Below are positions 1 through 8,038 of a stretch of 64,000 nt of DNA, in pieces (position 1 is the first letter of the stretch; the number at the start of each line of letters is the position of its first letter). The stretch is from assembly GCA_963712745.1 (NCBI GenBank), contig CAVQJC010000015.1, forward strand, positions 96,001 to 160,000. Reading direction: 5' to 3'. A program made the position numbers and the translations under genes. The notes under the pieces were generated by a model that was not told where the DNA came from, did no database searches, and saw nothing but the letters and a program-made list of their open reading frames with translations. This DNA is from an uncultured Chloroflexia bacterium. Its GTDB lineage: Bacteria > Chloroflexota > Limnocylindria > Limnocylindrales > CSP1-4.

Positions 1-2
1 AG

Positions 3-722
3 ACCGGCGGCCAGCTCGTGGAGGACCTGCTGGCCGCCGGACGCGAGGTCTACTGGTCCGTGAGCGCGGTCGCGCGCATCCCGCGCCGCTACCGAGGCCG
101 AGACATCCTCGAATGGCTCGACGATGCCGGCTTCTTCGAGGCGCCGACCGAATCCATCACGGACCCGGCTGAGTTGCGGGCGACGATGCCGATCATCTCC
201 GGCCTCGGGCGCCACGGCCACACCCTCAGCCTGCAGTGGCTGGCCGCCAGGGGCGCCAGGCTCATCGGGCGCATCACCGACGTGCACGGGTCCGTGCTGA
301 TGCTGGACGACACGGTCGAGGCCTGCATCCGTTTCGCTGACGCACGATCGGCCGAGGCATGCGCCCAGATCGACAAGGGCATCCTCGCGGCCGGCGCCGA
401 GCTGCCACCCCTGGAGGAGGACGAGGCGGACCGGCCCTTCAGCGGTTTCGATGGACTACGCACTCCCGACCAGCTCGAGCTCGAGCGCGCCGGCATAAGC
501 ACGGTCATCTGGGCCACCGGTGTGACCGGTGATTTCGGCTATCTGCCCGAGGGGGCGACCGCTGATGGGCAACCCCGACACACGCGTGGCGAGAGCGAGG
601 TCGAGGGCATCGACTTCATCGGCCTGCCCTGGCTCACACGCCGCAGCTCGGGCATCATCGCGGGCATCGTCAAGGACGCCGAACTTGTCGGCGCCAGGGT
701 GGCCCACCGCATCGACGCGTAG
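3..722 (+). CDS. NAD(P)/FAD-dependent oxidoreductase (flavin-containing monooxygenase-like), 5' end outside the window
   Basis: Frame open from the window edge: TGGQLVEDL (end of the second dinucleotide-binding motif), VIWATG motif, C-terminal FIGLPWL...SSGII.G...DA. Confidence 0.8.
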   Translation, partial: TGGQLVEDLLAAGREVYWSVSAVARIPRRYRGRDILEWLDDAGFFEAPTESITDPAELRATMPIISGLGRHGHTLSLQWLAARGARLIGRITDVHGSVLMLDDTVEACIRFADARSAEACAQIDKGILAAGAELPPLEEDEADRPFSGFDGLRTPDQLELERAGISTVIWATGVTGDFGYLPEGATADGQPRHTRGESEVEGIDFIGLPWLTRRSSGIIAGIVKDAELVGARVAHRIDA

Positions 723-760
723 GGGTAGCGCATGCCGGGGGCCAGCCTGTACCGCCGTGG

Positions 761-940
761 ATGTGGAAGACCAAGCCGCTCGGCGAGCTTCGGAACCAAG
801 TCATGCACCCTGTGACGCACCCGGCGCGCAAGCCCCACGACAAGGTGGAGCTGACGAGCAACATCGACAACGCTATCGAGATCGTCGAGGCCGCCGTCAG
901 CGCGCTGCGCAAGAAGTACCCGTCCGTCGACTCGAAGTGA
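761..940 (+). CDS. 59-aa small ORF with a HEPN-like RX4H motif (probable remnant)
   Basis: Hand translation MWKTKPLGELRNQVMHPVTHPARKPHDKVELTSNIDNAIEIVEAAVSALRKKYPSVDSK; codon usage is gene-like; fills the gap and ends 2 nt before the next ATG; too short for the ORF track. Confidence 0.45.
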   Translation: MWKTKPLGELRNQVMHPVTHPARKPHDKVELTSNIDNAIEIVEAAVSALRKKYPSVDSK

Positions 941-942
941 CG

Positions 943-1737
943 ATGGCCGGGGGTGCATTCGAAATCATCGCGCCCGCGGGTCTGCGGTCGCCGCTGGTGG
1001 CTCATCTGCCCCACGCCTCCACCGTCATCCCCGACGAGGTCAGAGCTGAGTTCCTGATCCCACACGCAGCCCTGTCCGACGAACTCCTGCGTCTGACCGA
1101 CTGGTACACCGATGAGCTGTTCGCGGGGCTGAGCGAGCTGGGTGCGACGACGTTCGTCAACCGACGGTCACGGCTGGTGTTCGACCCCGAGCGTTTCCTC
1201 GACGACAAAGTCGAGCCCATGGCGGCACGCGGGCAGGGCGTGGTCTACTGGCTCGGATCGCAGCTGCAGCTCTTGCGTGAGGCGTCGAGCTCGCTACGAG
1301 CGCGGCGGGTGGAGGAGCTGTACCGGCCGTACCACGCCGCGCTCGACTCGGTGGTCGGCGAGATGCTGGCCGAGTTCGGGCAGTGCACGGTCATCGATTG
1401 CCACTCCTTCCCGTCGCTGCCTCTTCGCAGTGAGATCGACCAGTCGTCCGACCGTCCCGACATCTGTATCGGCACCGACGAGACGCACACGCCGCCGGAA
1501 CTGGCCTCCGCCCTTGAGGCGGCGTTCACGGCCGAGGGCTTCCGCGTCGGGCGGGACTGGCCATTCAGCGGCACGTTCGTCCCGAGCGGCTTCTACGGCC
1601 GCGACGCCCGAGTCCGCTCGGTCATGATCGAAGTGCGTCGTGATCTCTACCTGGACGAGTCGACCGCCGAGCGCCTGCCCGGCCTGGACATGGTCGCGGC
1701 CGCCATCGGCCGCGCTGTCGCTGCAGGCCTGGGGTAG
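943..1737 (+). CDS. N-formylglutamate amidohydrolase
   Basis: Motifs HLPHAS, TDWYTDELF, SRLVFDPERF, YRPYH, IDCHSFPS, RPDICIGT, SVMIEVRRDLY. Confidence 0.9.
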   Translation: MAGGAFEIIAPAGLRSPLVAHLPHASTVIPDEVRAEFLIPHAALSDELLRLTDWYTDELFAGLSELGATTFVNRRSRLVFDPERFLDDKVEPMAARGQGVVYWLGSQLQLLREASSSLRARRVEELYRPYHAALDSVVGEMLAEFGQCTVIDCHSFPSLPLRSEIDQSSDRPDICIGTDETHTPPELASALEAAFTAEGFRVGRDWPFSGTFVPSGFYGRDARVRSVMIEVRRDLYLDESTAERLPGLDMVAAAIGRAVAAGLG

Positions 1738-1772
1738 CGGCGGATGCTTCGCGGTGTCGGAGAGAGCGGGGC

Positions 1773-2507
1773 CTAGCCTTTGCTCGGCGGGTCCGGCCAG
1801 GAGCCGTCGAAGATGACCTCCTCGCGCGGAAGGCGGGCCCTGCCGGGTGTGGACTTGGGCGCGATGGCGTCCTCGGTGGGATGTCCGATGGCCACGATCG
1901 TCCGCACCGACCGGTTCGAGGGCAGTCCGAGCACCCTGTTGATACCGCTGCGCACGTCGGGACGGACCCGGGAGATGCCCCCACCCAGGCCCAGCATGTT
2001 GACGGCGATAAGGATGCGCTCGGCGGCGCGGCCGTCATCGAAGGCTCGGGAGAGCTCCCGCTCGGGCTCGTCGGGCACGATGATGGCGATGGCGACGTTC
2101 GCCGTCGGCAGGCCTCGCGTCTGGGGCAGTCCCAGCTCGGCCACCTTGCGGATGGTCGCCTGATCGCGCAACGTGATGAAGCGACAGGGCTGTTCGTTGC
2201 GGCTGCTACCCGACCAGCGGGCGACCTCGGTGATCGCCTCCAGCTCGGCATTCGTGACCCGCTTGCCGGTGAATGCGCGCATCTGCCGGACGCGGATGAG
2301 CGGCTTGACCGTATCGAGTGGACTCAGGTCCGCTGCGGCATGCGCCGGCTGGGCGGCAGCCTTGGGCTTGGCGGCGCCCTCCAGCTTGGCGGCACTCTTC
2401 GGCTTGGCCGCCGGCGTGGCACTCGGCTTGGACTTGGATGCGCGCTTCGCAGCCTTGGCAGGCGCCTTCGGCTTGGCGGTCTTGCTGGTGGTGGACTTGG
2501 TGGGCAT
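1773..2507 (-). CDS. Nitroreductase family protein with a Lys/Ala/Pro-rich N-terminal extension
   Basis: RQMRAF, ARWSGSSRNEQP, FDDGRAAERI, VAIGHP; AAGGAG RBS before ATG at 2507. Confidence 0.85.
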   Translation of the reverse strand: MPTKSTTSKTAKPKAPAKAAKRASKSKPSATPAAKPKSAAKLEGAAKPKAAAQPAHAAADLSPLDTVKPLIRVRQMRAFTGKRVTNAELEAITEVARWSGSSRNEQPCRFITLRDQATIRKVAELGLPQTRGLPTANVAIAIIVPDEPERELSRAFDDGRAAERILIAVNMLGLGGGISRVRPDVRSGINRVLGLPSNRSVRTIVAIGHPTEDAIAPKSTPGRARLPREEVIFDGSWPDPPSKG

Positions 2508-2805
2508 CGAGGGCTCCTTTCGGGAGCGCGGGCAGGAGCAGGCGCGAGGGTATGGCCGGGGGCCCCAATCGTGACACAGCGCGGGCATGCCGATGGTGCG
2601 AGAACGCCCCACATTAGCGCCGAGGCACCGCCGCGAGGGCACAGGAACGGCGGGCAAACCACCCCCGGACGGCTGGAGGGGACCCCCGGTCGGCCTACGG
2701 GGGGCGGACCTTCGGGCCCGTGGTGCAGTCGAAGGAGCAGCGGTGTACTCGGGCTACGTGTCCGGCACCCTCGCCGGCGCCGAGCCTGTTTCCTGCGAGG
2801 AGTGG

Positions 2806-3615
2806 ATGATGACGAACCCAACCATCGTTTCCGGCGCCGTTTCGACCGTGTCCGAACTCGGCAAGGACGAGGGCTGGATGCAGGGTTGGCTCAGTGACGA
2901 CCCGGCGCGCCTCGGACTGGGCGATCTGGAGGTCACCGACGGGGCGGCCGATGACGAGGAGCACACCTTCGTGGCGACCGATGACGAACGCTGCTTCAGT
3001 GTTGACGTCCAGCTCGGGGAGATGGAGGCGTCTCGCGGCTTCGCAGTGCTCGACAACTGGGCCCGCAACCGCGTCCTCCACCCGGACAAGGAACACGTCG
3101 CGGTACTGGTGACCGAGGCTGTGAGTGACCGCTACCGGACCACGCTCACGACCCTCGCCGAGCACCTGCCGCTGGTGGTCATCGAACTGCAGGTGTGGAA
3201 AGGTGAGAACGAGGCCATCGTGGTCCCGCATGTCGCGCTCTCGAGCGACGACGTGGACCTCAGCGATACGCCGGCGGCCAAGGCAGCCGGGGCGTCGGCC
3301 AGGGCCACGGCCGCGTCCGAGCCGGAGCTTGACGCGGAGTCAGAGGCCGAGTTCGAGACGCACGCCGCAGACGACGGCTCTCCGACGGTGTCCGAGGACG
3401 AGCCATTGGCCGCCCAGAGCGAGGACGAGGAAGGCGACGCAGAGGAAAGCGACGCAGATGAAGGAGGAGCCGACGACGAGCTCGTCGCGGAGTCGCCCGA
3501 TGATAAGGACGACACCGGCGTGGGTAACCCCTGGGGCCTGCCCCAGGCGGAAGACGAGGGCTCGATCCAGGCGAGCGACAACGGCTCGACCGGCCTGTTG
3601 ACGAAGATCAGCTAG
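2806..3615 (+). CDS. Hypothetical protein: degenerate NucS/PD-(D/E)XK-like N-terminal domain plus acidic disordered tail
   Basis: DEGWMQGWLSDDPARLGLGDL...VDVQLG...HVAVLVTE...LPLVVIE resembles a NucS-like family as I recall it; GAGGAG RBS; E/D-rich C-terminal ~100 aa. Confidence 0.65.
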   Translation: MMTNPTIVSGAVSTVSELGKDEGWMQGWLSDDPARLGLGDLEVTDGAADDEEHTFVATDDERCFSVDVQLGEMEASRGFAVLDNWARNRVLHPDKEHVAVLVTEAVSDRYRTTLTTLAEHLPLVVIELQVWKGENEAIVVPHVALSSDDVDLSDTPAAKAAGASARATAASEPELDAESEAEFETHAADDGSPTVSEDEPLAAQSEDEEGDAEESDADEGGADDELVAESPDDKDDTGVGNPWGLPQAEDEGSIQASDNGSTGLLTKIS

Positions 3616-3651
3616 GAGGTTCGCGCCGAACCCTCGACGCCCTTCACGAGC

Positions 3652-3680
3652 AAGGCCCGGGCCGGGATCGCCCGGGCCTT
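3652..3680. terminator. Hairpin between convergent genes (probable terminator)
   Basis: AAGGCCCGGGC-cgggatc-GCCCGGGCCTT, perfect 11-bp stem. Confidence 0.65.
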
Positions 3681-3693
3681 CCTGTGCGTCGGC

Positions 3694-3954
3694 CTAGTCG
3701 GGCGTCTTGGACTTGTTCATGCGGGCTGCGACGGCCTCGCCGATATAGGTCCCGTAGTGCTCCGGGACATCGGTCGTGGTGCCGTCTGCGACGGGGATGA
3801 TGGCCGGAGCACCGGGGTTCGGCGTCCAGGCCGCAAGGTCATCGGCGACCAATCCGGCGATGTAGTCAGAGAGCGTGCGGCCCTGCTCGGCGGCTCGCCG
3901 ACGGGCGCGTCGTCGTTGCTCCCGATCCAGGATCACCTGTACCGGCCGTTCCAT
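3694..3954 (-). CDS. Ribbon-helix-helix (CopG/VapB-like) antitoxin-like protein, no partner toxin
   Basis: VQVILD..QRRRARRRAAEQGRTLSDYIAGLV fits an RHH; the C-terminal TDVPEHYGTYIGEAV resembles VapB tails. Confidence 0.65.
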   Translation of the reverse strand: MERPVQVILDREQRRRARRRAAEQGRTLSDYIAGLVADDLAAWTPNPGAPAIIPVADGTTTDVPEHYGTYIGEAVAARMNKSKTPD

Positions 3955-4190
3955 AGTGTTGACAGGATGCACCGCCGCGGGCCCCACGGCAACCCCCCGT
4001 CGCAGCCGGCCCCGGCAGTGCGACTGCGAACGGGCTGGGGCCAACTGGGCGTCGCGGTCGGGATTCCGAGGAGCTTCGAAGCCTTGATCATCCGCTCGTC
4101 GTATGTCACGACCACATCCAGGGCCACGGACTCCCGCTCGTTCACGATGAGCTTCAAGAAGGCCGAGCTGTCCAGGTAGACCGCGCTCGA
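3933..4190 (-). pseudogene. vapC: VapC/PIN toxin remnant with an internal in-frame deletion
   Basis: AVYLDSSAFLKLIVNERESVAL (PIN N-terminus) joins directly to DVVVTYDERMIKASKLLGIPTATP (PIN C-terminus); no start codon at the expected place. Confidence 0.75.
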
Positions 4191-4450
4191 TCGGCTCGGC
4201 CCTGGGAAATGAGCTCCGACGGCAGCTGGGTGCCAGGGCGGGGCGCGACCGGGCTGATGCCGAGCAGGTCCCCCTTCCCCGAGCAGAGCATGCCCTCCAC
4301 CTCGAGACGCTCCAGTCCTTCCGGAAGCACTTGCACGAGCATCGCGACAGGCCCTCCCCGGTCAGTCACCTGGATGGTCTCACCGGAGGCCACCCGCCTC
4401 AGGATCGCGCTGGCCTGCCGCCGCAGCTCACGTACGCCGACGCGTTCCAT
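4154..4450 (-). CDS. Phd/YefM family antitoxin (VapB-type)
   Basis: MERVGVRELRRQASAILRRVASGETIQVTDRGGPVAML; reads through past its expected stop into the toxin remnant. Confidence 0.85.
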   Translation of the reverse strand: MERVGVRELRRQASAILRRVASGETIQVTDRGGPVAMLVQVLPEGLERLEVEGMLCSGKGDLLGISPVAPRPGTQLPSELISQGRADRARSTWTARPS

Positions 4451-4561
4451 GTGCGTCACTGTCGCACATGGGTGTCCGTGGTCCAGCGGACGCACCAACG
4501 ACTGCGCAGGCGAACCCGGTGTCGAGCAGGGTGCCGGGCGCGTCGCTCGCAGGGCGCGGTG

Positions 4562-5992
4562 CTACTCGAGGATGCGGCTGCGTGGCTCAGTGGCTCGGCG
4601 GTAGAGATGGGCCCATGCGGCCGCCTTGCCCGTATCGTTCAGGCCGACGGTGAGTCGGCGACCGAGTACATCACGCCCAGCTGGGTCTTCGGCCAGCAGG
4701 CCGAACAGCCGCAGCTCGCGGAGGGGCTCGTGGATAGCGCGCTCGACGCTCCACTCCCGGAGCGGCCGATGGTCCTCGGCCCAGCCCTGCTCCAACATCA
4801 CCTCAGCCACGACGGAGGCCAGTCCGCCTGGCTCTCCGTAGAGCCCGATGTGCTGGGCGGGCCCGTCGAGCAACCTGATCGCGACGAGCTCGGTCACCAT
4901 CGAGCTGAACTCGCTCGCCCGCCCGATGGTCCCCGCGATGGCTTGCCAGAGCGCGATGTGATCCTGGAGGATCGCGAGCCCTGACCTGGTGGTGCGAATG
5001 CGCGTTCCCCTCCGCCAGATCCAGCGGTTGCGCGTGGCGAACTCGCGCAGGAGCGCCAACTCGAAGACATCGACCTCCGATCGCGGCTGGCCCTCGAATG
5101 CCCACCAGCCGAAACGCTCCGCAGCTTCCCGGACCAGGGCCGGCTCCAGGTAGCCGGCAGCCGTGGCCCTGGCGCCGGCGCGGCACGCCTCCAGCAGCCA
5201 GACCGCGGGAGCGACAACCGCCTCGATATCGTCGGCCGGTGGCAGGTCGGGAGCCATCGCGACCGGCCCGTCGAGGAGATGCGCAGCCACCCGAGCGCGG
5301 CGCTCTCGGTGCGACTCGACGATCACGGCGGTGCACCACTGCTGGACACGGGAGCCCAGCACGAGGTCGACTCGTCGGTGCCGGCGCAGATCGGTAGGGG
5401 CGATGGGCCGGACCGGTTCCTCGAGGGTCCGTCGCGTGACGCGCGCGGCGGTCGCTCGCCAGCCGGACTTGCCCGGCTTGAGTTCACCCACGAGGATGGC
5501 GCCTTCGAGTGCGACGGCGACCGCGTCATAGGCCCTGGCCTCCTCGGTGCCCATGACGTCACCCCAGGTGATCAATGCGGTATCAGGGGGCATGACTCCC
5601 GAACGTTCCGTTTCGGTCCGGTACCGATCGAGACCGGCGTCGCCGCCGTCCTCCCACGCCGCGAGCACGGCGCGAGTCGTCTCCGATCGGGCGATCTCCG
5701 CATAGCGGTCGAGCCCGAGCTTGTCGAGGAGGCGCGCTGCCCCATCGGCCAGCGGTGCCCAGTCCTCGTGGGGCGTCTTGGCCGGCAGCTGGTACCAGAG
5801 GAACTCTTGCAGCCGAGGCTGGGTGATGGCCCCGAGGCCCTCGCCCGCGGTCAGAAAGTCGGCTGCAAGCGCAGCCATCTGGCCGGCCTCGAAGTCCTCG
5901 CGCTCGACGGCGTCGACGGCTGCATCAACGACCACTTCGGGATCGTCTGACGCGTGTCCGTTGGCACCTCGTCCCTTGCCCTCGCCAGCCAC
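4562..5992 (-). CDS. Hypothetical protein
   Basis: Long ORF with gene-like composition (QEFLWYQLPAK, WGDVMG.EEA, TAAGYL.PALVRE); GTG start estimated. Confidence 0.75.
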   Translation of the reverse strand: MAGEGKGRGANGHASDDPEVVVDAAVDAVEREDFEAGQMAALAADFLTAGEGLGAITQPRLQEFLWYQLPAKTPHEDWAPLADGAARLLDKLGLDRYAEIARSETTRAVLAAWEDGGDAGLDRYRTETERSGVMPPDTALITWGDVMGTEEARAYDAVAVALEGAILVGELKPGKSGWRATAARVTRRTLEEPVRPIAPTDLRRHRRVDLVLGSRVQQWCTAVIVESHRERRARVAAHLLDGPVAMAPDLPPADDIEAVVAPAVWLLEACRAGARATAAGYLEPALVREAAERFGWWAFEGQPRSEVDVFELALLREFATRNRWIWRRGTRIRTTRSGLAILQDHIALWQAIAGTIGRASEFSSMVTELVAIRLLDGPAQHIGLYGEPGGLASVVAEVMLEQGWAEDHRPLREWSVERAIHEPLRELRLFGLLAEDPAGRDVLGRRLTVGLNDTGKAAAWAHLYRRATEPRSRILE

Positions 5993-6211
5993 GCAGCCAC
6001 GGTACCGCGCCGGTGTACGTCCGTGAACCCCGTTACGCTGGTGGCAAGACCTGGCTGCTTCGTAGCCTGCTCTTGAGCGCCCGCCGCAGTCGTTGCGAGG
6101 GATGGTGCGCAGCCTCACCGCTGCGAGCTACGCGAAACGCGATACCGGTGGCATCCCGCGGTTGACACATCAGTGGATCGCCCGACTGCGTGCCGATCAC
6201 GACGCGGGGAA

Positions 6212-6790
6212 CTAGCGCGAGCGGCGGCGCACCACCAGCGGGATGGTGAGATGGTCGGCCGCGGCGATGACGGCCGGATGCTTGAGCGAGAGCGGCTCCG
6301 GCGGGCCCTCGAGCGCCACCACTGCCCGCCCGACCGTCCGCTCCGCGAACAGCGTCACGTTCGTCCAGGCCGAGTCGAGCGTGGACCACCAGCTGAGACC
6401 AAGAGATCCCGCATCAAAGGCACGGACCGCCATCGCTTGGGTCACCAGCCGGTCCCGGCTGGCCACGCCCGAAGGTCGCCAGCCCTCCGCCACCAGCACA
6501 GCTGGCTCGTCGAGGTCGACCAGCGCCTTCAGTCGCGAGTCGTCGAGGGTCGCCAGTCGCAGCGACGAGCCGTCGGCAAGCACCAGGTCGTCGGGGGACA
6601 GATCTCGCCCACGGAACGCCTGGATGGTCTCCGCCACCGCAGCCACGGCAGAGCGGGCCGCATAGAACGCTCCATACCGACCCGGGCTGTCGTGTCGGCC
6701 GGCGCCCTGGCGGTCACGTGGAACGAACAACGCTCCCCCGCGCTCACTCTGGCCGGCACCGTCGATGGCTCGATAGACGCGGTAGAGCAC
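6212..6790 (-). CDS. RES domain toxin (NAD+ phosphorylase-type)
   Basis: GAGRHD (R), FYAARSAVAAVAE (E), LSWWST (S), NVTLF. Confidence 0.85.
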   Translation of the reverse strand: MLYRVYRAIDGAGQSERGGALFVPRDRQGAGRHDSPGRYGAFYAARSAVAAVAETIQAFRGRDLSPDDLVLADGSSLRLATLDDSRLKALVDLDEPAVLVAEGWRPSGVASRDRLVTQAMAVRAFDAGSLGLSWWSTLDSAWTNVTLFAERTVGRAVVALEGPPEPLSLKHPAVIAAADHLTIPLVVRRRSR

Positions 6791-6801
6791 TGTCCCGCTC
6801 C

Positions 6802-7134
6802 CTACGCGTACGCGCCGGTCTCGTCAGCCTCGATGGCCCGCAGCACATCGGAGACCCGGCCGCGCGCGAGCAGGTCGATGGGTCGCGCACCACCGAGATG
6901 CGCGTTGAACCCATAGAGCCACTTGATGGCGGTCGACCGTTGGTAGGTCGACTGCAGGCGGGACAGCGTGAACTCGACGGCTTCGAGCTTGAGCAGGTTC
7001 TCGCGGTCAGGCTCCTCGTCAGCCAGCCAGCGGCTGACCCGCGACCGATCGACGTCGAGGGCCCGGGCCACCTGTGCCTGGCTGCCCATGTCGGCCACCA
7101 GCGTGGCCAGCTTCTGCCGTGCGCGTCCATGCAT
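6802..7134 (-). CDS. Xre/MbcA/ParS antitoxin (HTH plus DUF2384-type C-terminus)
   Basis: SQAQVARALDVDRSRVSRW HTH; WLYGFNAHLGGARPIDLL; lies directly upstream of the RES gene. Confidence 0.88.
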   Translation of the reverse strand: MHGRARQKLATLVADMGSQAQVARALDVDRSRVSRWLADEEPDRENLLKLEAVEFTLSRLQSTYQRSTAIKWLYGFNAHLGGARPIDLLARGRVSDVLRAIEADETGAYA

Positions 7135-7360
7135 AGCACAAGCGTACCGCACCATTTGTCGGTGCGGCGATGTCCGCGTTCGCCCCGCACGGTCATCACG
7201 CTCCTCGGTGGGCCGCCTGCGCGGGGCCTTCGCGCAGTCCTGGCCGGCCGGAGCGCCGCCCTCGCTGGAGACCGCTCTGGCCGAAAGGCCCCGAGCCGCC
7301 GGGACGGTGCCTGTCGAACCCGCCTTCAGTGACACCTGGTCGGTTGCTACGATCGGGCAC

Positions 7361-8008
7361 ATGAGCGCGACGGAGTTCGACAGCGACACCTTCATGGCGA
7401 AGCTTCAGGCGTACGCCACAGCTATCCCCGCCGGCGAGCGGCGCATCGTGGCCATCGCCGGTGCGCCCGCCTCAGGCAAGTCGACCATCGCCAGCGAACT
7501 CCTTCGCCGGCTCAACGCGGCCGAACCAGGCTCAACGGCCCTCCTGCCGATGGACGGCTTCCACTACGACGACGAGGTGCTCACGCCCCGCGGCTGGCGA
7601 TCGCGCAAGGGCGCACCGCACACGTTCGATGTCGGCGGCTACGCGTCTGCCCTGCGCCGGCTCAAGGCCAACGACGAACCGAGCGTGGCCGTGCCCCGCT
7701 TCGACCGCGATATCGAGATCGCCCGTGCCGGTGCCATCATCATCGAGCAGAGCGTGCGACTCATCGTTAGCGAAGGTAACTGGCTTCTCCTGGGCGACGA
7801 GCCTTGGCCGATGCTGCGTCCGTCATTCGACCGGACCGCGATGGTGCGGACCGACTGGGACACGCTGGAGGCCCGGAACCGGCAGCGCTGGGTCGATTAC
7901 GGGATGGACGAGGAGCACATCCGCGCCAAGCTGGAGGGCAACGACCTGCCCAACGCCCGGCTCGTCTACGAGCGTTCGGCAGAACCGGACTGGGTCGTGC
8001 GCACCTGA
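7361..8008 (+). CDS. P-loop kinase, YggC/FrcK (uridine/pantothenate kinase-like) family
   Basis: GAPASGKST Walker A, PMDGFH, RKGAPHTFD, EGNWLLL. Confidence 0.88.
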   Translation: MSATEFDSDTFMAKLQAYATAIPAGERRIVAIAGAPASGKSTIASELLRRLNAAEPGSTALLPMDGFHYDDEVLTPRGWRSRKGAPHTFDVGGYASALRRLKANDEPSVAVPRFDRDIEIARAGAIIIEQSVRLIVSEGNWLLLGDEPWPMLRPSFDRTAMVRTDWDTLEARNRQRWVDYGMDEEHIRAKLEGNDLPNARLVYERSAEPDWVVRT

Positions 8009-8038
8009 CGCGTAGGCCAGACGCCTCCACCGCGACGG

